A DNA stretch of 64,000 nt, taken from assembly GCA_963760795.1 (NCBI GenBank), contig CAVXEP010000029.1:1-64000 (forward strand). The letters are read 5' to 3'. This stretch comes from an uncultured delta proteobacterium (lineage in GTDB: Bacteria; Desulfobacterota; Binatia; UBA9968). The notes beneath the pieces are model-generated. The model saw only the letters and a list, made by a program, of their open reading frames with translations, was not told where the DNA came from and did no database searches. Positions 53,015-64,000 of this stretch are shown in pieces (positions within the stretch are counted from its first letter, which is position 1; each line of letters starts with the position of its first letter). The translations under genes were made by a program, and so were the position numbers.

Positions 53015-53567
53015 ATGAGGCAAATCAGAGTGAAGCTGAAATTAGTTTTGGTAATTCTGCTCGTTGTCCAGCTGCGGTTCGCCGGTGGCGGTCTGGACCG
53101 ACGGCGAGGTGCCGTTTGTCCGCTCGACGCCGGAAGTGATCGAGCGCATGCTCGAATTGGCGCGGGTCAAAACTGGCGATGTCATTTACGATATTGGCAG
53201 CGGCGACGGCGCGATCATCATCCATGCCGCCAAGAAATACGGCGTCAAGGGCGTCGGCATAGAAATCGACCAGGATTTAGTCGCCCGCGCGCGCAACAAC
53301 GCGTATCGGGAAAAAGTCGAACATCTCGTCGAGTTCCGCGTCCAGGATGCCTTCACCGTCGACATGTCGCCGGCCACCGTTGTGACGCTATATATGCTGC
53401 CTGAGTTCAACGCCAAGCTGCGGCCGATCATGGACCGCCAGCTCAAGCCCGGCACGCGCGTCGTCTCCCACGACTATCCTGTGGAGGGGTGGGCGCCGGA
53501 CCGCGTGGAACCGGTGCGCGGCGACTTCGTGCATAACCATACGGTGCTACTATTTGAGATCCGCTAA
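53015..53567 (+). CDS. Class I SAM-dependent methyltransferase with probable lipoprotein signal, +1 frameshift at about 53063
   Basis: VPFV.ST..V..MLELA, YDIGSGDG, GVGIEID, VVTLY, RVVSHDY; MRQIRVKLKLVLVILL joins LSSC after removing one base. Confidence 0.85.
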
Positions 53568-53571
53568 AAGA

Positions 53572-53600
53572 CAAAAGGCCCCGCGCTGGCGGGGCCTTTC
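53572..53600. terminator. Bidirectional terminator
   Basis: AAAGGCCCCGC-GCTG-GCGGGGCCTTT between convergent genes. Confidence 0.8.
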
Positions 53601-53623
53601 GGAATTTCGCGCTCAAAAAGATC

Positions 53624-55165
53624 TTAGTCGCTGAGTGTCGTCGGAAACATCAGCGACTTAACCGTCACCGGAATGACTTCAGTGATACCTAAGCATTCGC
53701 CGATATCGATGTAATCCAGATCGCCGACCTCGATGCCGTCGATGGCGATAATGTCGCGGGAAACTTTGAGTTCGTCCCTAAGAATGGCGCCAAGTGACTT
53801 GGCGATGTCCAGGTCCAGGGTCAAATAGAGCGGACACTTGGCGTCGTCGGCGTCTTTGAGAATCTGCGCCACGCCTTCGGCGATGCGCCGGACCGATTGA
53901 TAGTTGGGCACGCCGCTGACGGTCAATGACAAGGCCAAACCTGACGTGAAGCAGCTCAGGTCGAACTTTCTCAGCGACTGTTTGATCGCATCGGCCACCG
54001 ATTCGCCGTCGCGGATCGGCGCTTGGATAACTTTCAAGCCATGCACCGGCAGAGCTTTTTCATTGGAGACATAACTGGTGTTGCCGCTCGCTTGGATGGT
54101 GTACTCGCCGGCGCCGATAACCGTGGCGCGAATCCCTTCGATGGGTTCGCGCAGGACATCCTTTGGCAGCTTCTTCAAATATTCGCGCATGTTCTTGCCG
54201 AGCACCGGCCCGATGTCGCCATAGGATTTGGGATCGCGGTCGTAAACATGCTCGGAAACGCCGCCGGAAAACACCAGATGCTGCACTTGCTTGAAACCCG
54301 TGTAGTTAACGAAAGGCGGCGTCACCATCAAGGATCGCGCCATCGGCGAAGTGGGCCCCTGTTCGATGATCTCGAAGAGAATCTTTGCCATATAGGCGCC
54401 GAAGTCTTCCTTCATTTTTTCGCTGATCTTCTCGCCGATTTCGACTTTATGGCCAAGCTCTTTCATCATCGTCCGGCCCGGACCTTCGATGCGCGTGATC
54501 TGGTCTTTCTCATCGAAGGCGATCAGCCGCGCGCCGACGCTGATCGACGCCGTCTGCGTCACCATGCCGTCTTCGACCAGAGAAAACTTGGTCGTGCCGC
54601 CGCCCATGTCGACGTTGAGCACCGTCTTATGTTCGCCCTTCGACAGATCCACCGCGCCGCAACCATAGGCCGCCAGCAAAGCCTCATGATTATGGCCCGC
54701 CGCCGCGCAAATGAACTTGCCGGAATATTTGGCGAAGTTCTCGACGATCGGCTGGGCGTTTTCTTTCTTGAGCGCCTCGCCGGTGATGATCACCGCGCCG
54801 GTGTCGACATCCTCCGGCGTCAAGCCCGCCTCTTTGTAAGCGTCTTGAATAAACTGGTTCACTTTGTCGGTATCGATCTTGGTCGCCGAAGTGTAGGGCG
54901 TCAGCATGATCGGCGAGCGGTACAGCACCTCGCGACCGGTGACGCGGAACTTGCCGGACAACGACGCGCCTTCGCGCCGCAACGTGATATGCGAGAAGAT
55001 CAAATGCGAGGTCGAAGAGCCGATGTCGATGCCGACGCTCTTGAGCGAGAACATCTCCAATCCTTCGATGTCGGTGACAATCTCGTCCTCTCCGATGATG
55101 AAATTATCCGGATGGTCGTGATCGTAGATATCGTCGTGCATCTTTAGCCTCTGTATATCCGCCAT
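53624..55165 (-). CDS. EutA-like (ethanolamine ammonia-lyase reactivase family) ASKHA ATPase
   Basis: SVGIDIGSSTSHLIFS, YRSPIMLTP, TGAVIITGE, NVDMGGGTT, VFSGGV, IRATVIGAG, DYIDIG, PVTVKSL. Confidence 0.88.
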   Translation of the reverse strand: MADIQRLKMHDDIYDHDHPDNFIIGEDEIVTDIEGLEMFSLKSVGIDIGSSTSHLIFSHITLRREGASLSGKFRVTGREVLYRSPIMLTPYTSATKIDTDKVNQFIQDAYKEAGLTPEDVDTGAVIITGEALKKENAQPIVENFAKYSGKFICAAAGHNHEALLAAYGCGAVDLSKGEHKTVLNVDMGGGTTKFSLVEDGMVTQTASISVGARLIAFDEKDQITRIEGPGRTMMKELGHKVEIGEKISEKMKEDFGAYMAKILFEIIEQGPTSPMARSLMVTPPFVNYTGFKQVQHLVFSGGVSEHVYDRDPKSYGDIGPVLGKNMREYLKKLPKDVLREPIEGIRATVIGAGEYTIQASGNTSYVSNEKALPVHGLKVIQAPIRDGESVADAIKQSLRKFDLSCFTSGLALSLTVSGVPNYQSVRRIAEGVAQILKDADDAKCPLYLTLDLDIAKSLGAILRDELKVSRDIIAIDGIEVGDLDYIDIGECLGITEVIPVTVKSLMFPTTLSD

Positions 55166-55185
55166 TTTGTCCTACCCTAATAACA

Positions 55186-55215
55186 GGAATCCCCGCTCGC
55201 TGGAGCGGGGATTCC
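55186..55215. terminator. 13-bp hairpin between cupin and eutA-like gene
   Basis: GGAATCCCCGCTC-GCTG-GAGCGGGGATTCC; weak U-tract (TGTTATT) on minus strand. Confidence 0.5.
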
Positions 55216-55244
55216 GTAATCGAATTTTTAAGTACTTACGGTAA

Positions 55245-56378
55245 TTATTGCTTGCCCATCGCCTTGGACCATTCGTAGTCCGGGTTTTTGTAGCATTCAT
55301 CAGGCATAATGCTCTGGATGCCGCGCCTGCCCAACTCTTCTTCGAACTTCTTGCGAATAAACGGATCCTCGTTCGGGTACTCGATCTGATCCTTGGCGCG
55401 GTCCTCGACCTTTTCCGCGTGGCCGTGGAACTGCATGGGCGGATGGAGCGCCAGATAGCGCGCCATATCGCCGCCGGCATTGAAATGTTGATGAAACCAT
55501 TTATCCGGCGGCGTGATCATGCTGCACTCATGCCACGGACAGACGATTTTCTCTTTGCCCTCTTCCCACATGATCGAATAACCTTCACCGGCGGGAATGA
55601 TGATCGCCCGGCCGGGGCCATGGCGGTGCGCTTTCTTGTAGGTCTTGGGCGCGAACACCGACATATGGGCGGTCAGTTCGGAATTGGGGAACTGCATGAA
55701 CACGCTCTTGCCGCCGGCGCCGCGCCGTTCGTTAGCGTCGAGCTTGTTCCAGGCACGCATGTCGGGGAAAAAGTTGCCGTACCAGAAGGCGCGCATGCCC
55801 AAACCTTCATCTGCGTCCTTGGCTTGAACCATTTTCGCTTCCGAGTAAAAATCGCCCTGGTCGGCGGTGATTTTCGACTCGTAGGGATTGTTGAAATACA
55901 TGTCCGGTTCCGGCAACGCCGACATCGCCATCGGCATATAGCTGTAATGAAAGAGTTTAACCGGCTTGTCGCCGGTCATGTTGCTGAAGACATGCCAGTG
56001 ATTACGCGGCACGAGAAACATCGAGTGCTCTTGCCATTCGAAGTTCTTCTTGGGTTTGCCTTCACCAGACCATACGGTGGTCAAACCACGGCCGGAGCAA
56101 ACGTAAACGACCTCATCCAACGCGAACTTTACCGGCGGCAACGACTTACCGGGCGGGACTTCAGTCACGCGCGCGGCGCTGACGCCTTCTTGGCCCCACA
56201 GCTGAATGAAGGCGGCCTTGCAGCCTCTTTCTTCCCACCACTCCAACTCGACGGTGCGCAGATCGGGAATAAAATAACCCTTATGGATTGGAATGCCTTT
56301 CGACTTCATCCACCGGTCGTAGGTAAATTCCTTGCTCCACATAGTAATAACCGGTTCTTGACTAGCTGCTTCGGCCAT
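55245..56378 (-). CDS. Bicupin protein
   Basis: Domain 1 DEVVYV.SGRG.T...FLVPRNHWH; domain 2 KAHRHGPG...PPDKWFHQHFN; AGGAGG RBS. Confidence 0.85.
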   Translation of the reverse strand: MAEAASQEPVITMWSKEFTYDRWMKSKGIPIHKGYFIPDLRTVELEWWEERGCKAAFIQLWGQEGVSAARVTEVPPGKSLPPVKFALDEVVYVCSGRGLTTVWSGEGKPKKNFEWQEHSMFLVPRNHWHVFSNMTGDKPVKLFHYSYMPMAMSALPEPDMYFNNPYESKITADQGDFYSEAKMVQAKDADEGLGMRAFWYGNFFPDMRAWNKLDANERRGAGGKSVFMQFPNSELTAHMSVFAPKTYKKAHRHGPGRAIIIPAGEGYSIMWEEGKEKIVCPWHECSMITPPDKWFHQHFNAGGDMARYLALHPPMQFHGHAEKVEDRAKDQIEYPNEDPFIRKKFEEELGRRGIQSIMPDECYKNPDYEWSKAMGKQ

Positions 56379-56416
56379 AAAACTTCCTCCTTACTGCTTG
56401 CTCTTATCCTATTTAC

Positions 56417-56833
56417 TTATCTTCTTGTCTCTTTACTAGCAACCTGGAGCCTGGCCAGGGCGCGCCGCTGAGCTTCCTCCAGTTGCGCATACTCCGGGTC
56501 TTCGAAGTTGAGCTCGCCCAGCCGTTTTTCGGCGCGTTCCCTAGCGCGCTGCGCCCGCGCCATGTCGATCTCGCCAGCGAACTCCGCCGACGAGGCCAGA
56601 ACAGTCATGACGTTATCGAGCACTTCGGCATAGCCGCCACCGACCACCAATACGTGACGCGCGGCGCCTTGCTTGTAGCTCAACTCGCCGGGGACCAATG
56701 TCGACAAGAATGAAATGTGATTGGGCAACACGCCGAACTCGCCCAGTTCACCCACCGCGGTGACTTCGTCGACTTCTTCGTCGAGAACCAACCGGCTCGG
56801 GGTTACGACTCTCAGTCTAATTTTATCTGCCAT
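56417..56833 (-). CDS. atpC: ATP synthase F1 epsilon
   Basis: LRVVTP, GEFGVLPNH, GGYAEV, ID..RA. Confidence 0.95.
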   Translation of the reverse strand: MADKIRLRVVTPSRLVLDEEVDEVTAVGELGEFGVLPNHISFLSTLVPGELSYKQGAARHVLVVGGGYAEVLDNVMTVLASSAEFAGEIDMARAQRARERAEKRLGELNFEDPEYAQLEEAQRRALARLQVASKETRR

Positions 56834-56863
56834 CTTGCTCGTCTACGATCTTCTAGTCCGACC

Positions 56864-56931
56864 TTGAACGACTGGAACGAAAAGCGGTTTTCGTTCAAAG
56901 ATTCAAATCGCTCACGCAGTTCAAACCGTTA
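56864..56931. repeat. 9-nt-period palindromic element between atpD and atpC
   Basis: TTGAACGACTGGAACGAAAA-GCGG-TTTTCGTTCAAAGATTCAAATCG..GTTCAAACCG; same unit family as 38414-38522. Confidence 0.7.
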
Positions 56932-56950
56932 AATTCACGCCTTTTGCGGT

Positions 56951-58361
<1,411 letters not shown>

Positions 58362-58384
58362 CTTATTAAAACCTCCTGGTCATA

Positions 58385-58458
58385 TCGTGCTCGTGACTCG
58401 TGTTCGTGCTCGTAAAAACGCCGCCCTCGGGAAATACCAGCACAAACCACGAACACGT
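58385..58458. repeat. 6-nt-period palindromic element between atpG and atpD
   Basis: TCGTGC-TCGTGAC-TCGTGT-TCGTGC-TCGT ... AGCACAAACCACGAACACG. Confidence 0.65.
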
Positions 58459-58462
58459 CTTA

Positions 58463-59329
<867 letters not shown>

Positions 59330-59379
59330 GTCTATGGATGTCCAGGACTACAAGATTAGGGTTTCGGGGTGACCGGAAA

Positions 59380-60888
<1,509 letters not shown>

Positions 60889-60898
60889 CGATTACTCC

Positions 60899-61441
60899 TT
60901 AATAACCGCGCGCGATGCGCTGTTTCATCTTTGCCAATTGCGTTCGCACGCTGCCGTCGTAGATCTTTCCTTCCAGCTCCACTTGCAGGCCGCCGAGCAA
61001 CTCCGGGTCGACGACTTGCTGCAAGATCACTTCTTTGCCGGAAATGCTGCGCAGCTGGCCACGCACGCGCTCGACCAACGCCGGCTCAAGGGCGGTAGCA
61101 CTAACCACTTTGGCATCGACCCGGCCGCGGGCTTCGTTGAGCAAGCGGCGATAGCAGTTGACGATGCCGGTCAAGTGGCCCAAGCGGTCGCGCTCCAAGA
61201 GCAGCGACAGAAACCTTACGGTCAAGGACGATAGCTTTTGACTTTGGGCGACCTGGCTAAGAATCTGTTTGCGCCTATCGACAGCGAAAGCGGGATTGGT
61301 GAGAACTTGTTGCAGAGCGGACTTGCTATAGTCCGAGAAAAACTGTTCGACTTCGACGCCGACGGCATCTTCCTGGCCAGCGTCGCACGCCAATTGAAAC
61401 AGCGCCTTGGTGTATCTGCGTGCTAAGCTGCCTTCGATCAT
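60899..61441 (-). CDS. atpH: ATP synthase F1 delta
   Basis: LARRY.KALF, VDPELLGG, YDGSV. Confidence 0.95.
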   Translation of the reverse strand: MIEGSLARRYTKALFQLACDAGQEDAVGVEVEQFFSDYSKSALQQVLTNPAFAVDRRKQILSQVAQSQKLSSLTVRFLSLLLERDRLGHLTGIVNCYRRLLNEARGRVDAKVVSATALEPALVERVRGQLRSISGKEVILQQVVDPELLGGLQVELEGKIYDGSVRTQLAKMKQRIARGY

Positions 61442-61992
61442 CGCGCCTGTCCAATACTTTGGATAAATTCGTCCGCCAGGCGGTTTTGATCGGCCACCGA
61501 CAAGTTGCGTTGGAGCAATGCCCGCGCCGTGGCTTCGGCCTGGATCGCCATGTCCTCGCGGATTTTTTGCCGCGCCATTCTTACTTCCTGATCAGCGAGA
61601 ATGCCGGCGTCGGCTTTGATCTTCGCCGCCATGACATTGGCTTCGCTGACGAGCTTAGCTTTGTCGCGCTCGCCTTCGTCGCGCAGTGTTGCTTGCAGAC
61701 TCCGCACTTGCTGGTCGAGCGCGGCCAACTTGGCTTTGTACTCGTCAACCAGCGCCTGGGCCGCGGCTTTTTTTGCCGAGGCTTGCGCCATCGTCGCGAC
61801 CACTTCGTCGCGGCGACTTTTCAGGAAACTGCGTACCGGGGGAAGCGCGAACTTGACGATAATGACAGCGTAAATGAGAAAATTGAGGGCCGGAAAGATA
61901 ACCTCAGTGATCGACGGCGTATGATGTTCAGCGCCGCCGGCGGCCCAAGCCTGGGCCACAGTGAATATGCCGAGGATATCCTGGCTGCTCAC
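61438..61992 (-). CDS. atpF: ATP synthase Fo b subunit
   Basis: LNFLI TM segment, P...FL..R, coiled coil; operon position. Confidence 0.88.
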   Translation of the reverse strand: MSSQDILGIFTVAQAWAAGGAEHHTPSITEVIFPALNFLIYAVIIVKFALPPVRSFLKSRRDEVVATMAQASAKKAAAQALVDEYKAKLAALDQQVRSLQATLRDEGERDKAKLVSEANVMAAKIKADAGILADQEVRMARQKIREDMAIQAEATARALLQRNLSVADQNRLADEFIQSIGQAR

Positions 61993-62417
61993 CCGACTCT
62001 CCTCCCGAGAACTTTATGCACCATGTCGGCAGCCACGGCGCTGACTTCCGCTGCGGCCAGTCGCTTTTCTTGTTCCATGGCAGCGGCGACTTCCTGCCTG
62101 ATCTGATCCAGACTCCGGGTCGCCTCATCGCGCGCCTGGCTCAAGATCTTTTCGCGCTGCTGGCGCGCATCCTGATTGATCGCCTCTTTCGCCGCGTAGC
62201 CCGCGGCTTGGCCAAGGGCGAATTTCGCATCGAATTGGGCCTTGAGCGTGGCGCCTTCATGCTCCAGGTCCACCGAATCATGCTGCGCCCCGGTGGTTTT
62301 ATGCTCGCGCTCTTCGAGCAAACGCAGATACGGTTGAAACAGCAGCTTATTGAGAATCAGCCAGAGGACGACAAACAGAACGACCTGATAAGCTATGCTG
62401 TAATCAAGATGAATCAT
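61989..62417 (-). CDS. atpF2: ATP synthase Fo b' subunit
   Basis: LD....Q...F..L..ILNKLLFQP....LEER, coiled coil, KVLGR end. Confidence 0.88.
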   Translation of the reverse strand: MIHLDYSIAYQVVLFVVLWLILNKLLFQPYLRLLEEREHKTTGAQHDSVDLEHEGATLKAQFDAKFALGQAAGYAAKEAINQDARQQREKILSQARDEATRSLDQIRQEVAAAMEQEKRLAAAEVSAVAADMVHKVLGRRVG

Positions 62418-62496
62418 GGATCAACGACCGCTTTCAAAACTGCTCTCACTCGGGTTCCGCTGCATCCGCAATGGCGCAACCCAGTACCCAATTAAT

Positions 62497-62526
62497 AAAA
62501 AACCTACATTCTCGATTGAACGTAGG
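62497..62526 (-). terminator. Intrinsic terminator after bactofilin gene
   Basis: Minus strand CCTACGTTC-AATCGA-GAATGTAGG-TTTTTT. Confidence 0.6.
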
Positions 62527-62582
62527 ATCTAGGATCGGCGAGGTGACGGACAGCGAACCGAAGTCTAATTCTGACAATCAGT

Positions 62583-63140
62583 TTACAGCTTAGGCGCTGC
62601 AGCCGCTGCGGCTTTATCCGCGTTTGGGCTGCGGGAACCTGCGACTTCACCCTGTCGTTTGGCCACTCCCATGGAGCAGTCACCGTCAAGCACCACGCCC
62701 TCGGTGATTATCAGCCGGGGCGCATCGATGTTGCCGATCAAGCGGGCCCGTGCCAACAGCTCGATCCGGTCCTTGGCGGTGACGTTGCCTTCGACTTTGC
62801 CGCGGATAATCACGACTTGGCCGGTGATCTTGGCTTTCACTTCCGCTTCTTCGCCGATGGTGAGGGTGCCTTGGCAATTAATCTCACCGTCAACCTTGCC
62901 ATCGATGCGCGCCGGCCCTTGAAAGCTCAGCTGACCGGTGACGCGGCTGCCTTTATATAGATAACCGACCAAACCCGCAGTTGACTGCGACGGCGACGGT
63001 ATTTCTATTTTGGCAGCAGGCTGCGGCACTGGAGCTGCGCTTATTGGAGTGGGCGCTGGCTCCGGTTTCGTTACTTGTGCCACGCTTTGCGGCTCCGTTT
63101 CGGTTTTTTTTCCGCCAGGGTTTTTATCAAACCAAGCCAT
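62583..63140 (-). CDS. Bactofilin (polymer-forming cytoskeletal protein)
   Basis: Pro-rich N-terminus; G.LSF.G.ARIDG.V.G.I, LTIG..A.V, I.G.V.GNV.A, L.I.EG..L.G.C.M. Confidence 0.92.
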   Translation of the reverse strand: MAWFDKNPGGKKTETEPQSVAQVTKPEPAPTPISAAPVPQPAAKIEIPSPSQSTAGLVGYLYKGSRVTGQLSFQGPARIDGKVDGEINCQGTLTIGEEAEVKAKITGQVVIIRGKVEGNVTAKDRIELLARARLIGNIDAPRLIITEGVVLDGDCSMGVAKRQGEVAGSRSPNADKAAAAAAPKL

Positions 63141-63172
63141 TTTTTGGTTCTCCCAGTGCTTGGGCAGAGTTT

Positions 63173-63201
63173 CCTATAACATCCGAGAATCTCATTGTCA
63201 A
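63173..63201 (-). promoter_or_regulatory. Putative sigma70 promoter of bactofilin
   Basis: TTGACA-N17-TATAGG on minus strand. Confidence 0.55.
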
Positions 63202-63335
63202 AACGCAGTAGGCGAAACTAACAAGTCTTGTTTGCTGGCCGCCGGTCCGTATTCAGCCCTTTGTCCAACTAAATCTCAAAATCCGGAAAAAGGCCCTCTC
63301 GGTCATCCCGAAAATCGACAAAGTGCGGCATGTTC

Positions 63336-63364
63336 TTGACCGCTTGCGCCACTTTGTTTAGCTT
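63336..63364 (+). promoter_or_regulatory. Putative sigma70 promoter
   Basis: TTGACC-N17-TAGCTT, 16 bp before ATG 63381. Confidence 0.45.
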
Positions 63365-63380
63365 AGAGCGATAATTCCAT

Positions 63381-63774
63381 ATGAACAATTTCTCTTTGCT
63401 CACCAAGGGCGCGCTCCTGGTCCTTGCCTGCATCGCCCAGCGGCCTGGCGGCGACCGGAAAAACCATCAAAGAAAACCTTCAGTTCGTCAAGCGTATGGT
63501 GCGCGCCATCGTGCGTGGGGTGATGCATACACGCGATTTTCCTGAAGACGCGATTCAAACCATGATAAAGCACTGGCGCATGGAGCGGGAAGTGTCTGTG
63601 GACGCGTACAATTTAGTGAAAGAAGCGCTGCAACCCGTGCCGACAGAAAAGGGCGTCGAACTGATGGCTCAATGGCAAGCGGTGGCGCTCAATACCAAAC
63701 CGAAGCGGCCGGTGCGCGAATATATGGACCTGCGCTTCGTCAATGAAGTGATGGCCGAATTAACTCAGAAATAA
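63381..63774 (+). pseudogene. Internally deleted NMT1/SsuA-like substrate-binding protein
   Basis: Signal-like MNNFSLLTKGALLVL joined out of frame to C-terminal third (SGLAAT..IKEN...VKRMVRAI ... YMDLRFVNEV). Confidence 0.6.
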
Positions 63775-63790
63775 TCCTCAGGAGGCAAGA

Positions 63791-64000
63791 GTGAAAAAAG
63801 TATTGATCGGCGCAATGCTATGCGCAGTTTTTGGGCTCGGTAACCATGCCAACAGCCAAGAAAAAAAGGGGCCGCTTTACGCCACGCTGAAAACCAGCAT
63901 GGGCGACATCGTGATTCAGCTGTTCGACGAAAAGGCGCCCAAGACGGTGGCCAACTTCGTCGGCCTCGCCACCGGCACAAAAGAATGGACCGACACCAAG
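63791..64000 (+). CDS. Cyclophilin-type peptidyl-prolyl isomerase (5' part, runs off window)
   Basis: GGAGG RBS, GTG, signal peptide, ATLKTSMGDIVIQLFDEKAPKTVANFVGLATG. Confidence 0.9.
   Translation, partial: MKKVLIGAMLCAVFGLGNHANSQEKKGPLYATLKTSMGDIVIQLFDEKAPKTVANFVGLATGTKEWTDTK

Noticed and set aside
54023-56471. Long antisense ORFs (54023..55147, 55248..56471; also 51..1058 and 52087..52884)
   Set aside because: Shadow frames opposite well-supported genes in GC-rich DNA, with no motifs
61989-62417. Absence of atpB/atpE as an anomaly
   Set aside because: A split Fo a/c locus is common in deltaproteobacterial-type genomes

Overview
Chromosomal window from a GC-rich bacterium. Gene content, the split F-ATPase operon, and the many TctC, UbiD and ABC-SBP paralogues suggest a deltaproteobacterial-type lineage such as Ca. 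Binatia (inference). It lies near the partition locus: mnmE-mnmG-parA-parB with two parS sites, but no rsmG. It also carries a sigma54/NtrC-type amt-glnA-PII operon, ileS-lspA, ispH, two TTT transporters, a TAXI-TRAP transporter, a TPP-dependent E1/E2 dehydrogenase cluster, two UbiD genes, an EutA-like ATPase with a bicupin, and bactofilin-atpF'FHAGDC on the minus strand. About ten genes have frameshifts, including ileS, atpD, ispH and parB, most likely from sequencing error. No rRNA, tRNA, CRISPR array or transposase was recognised. The best candidate for an undescribed system is a family of palindromes built from 6-9-nt tandem units at gene junctions. One pair of 29-bp inverted repeats brackets an orphan ABC substrate-binding gene inserted inside the dehydrogenase operon, and an empty version lies 3.3 kb away. 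The same 13-nt motif replaces a single T of the repeat unit at four places.
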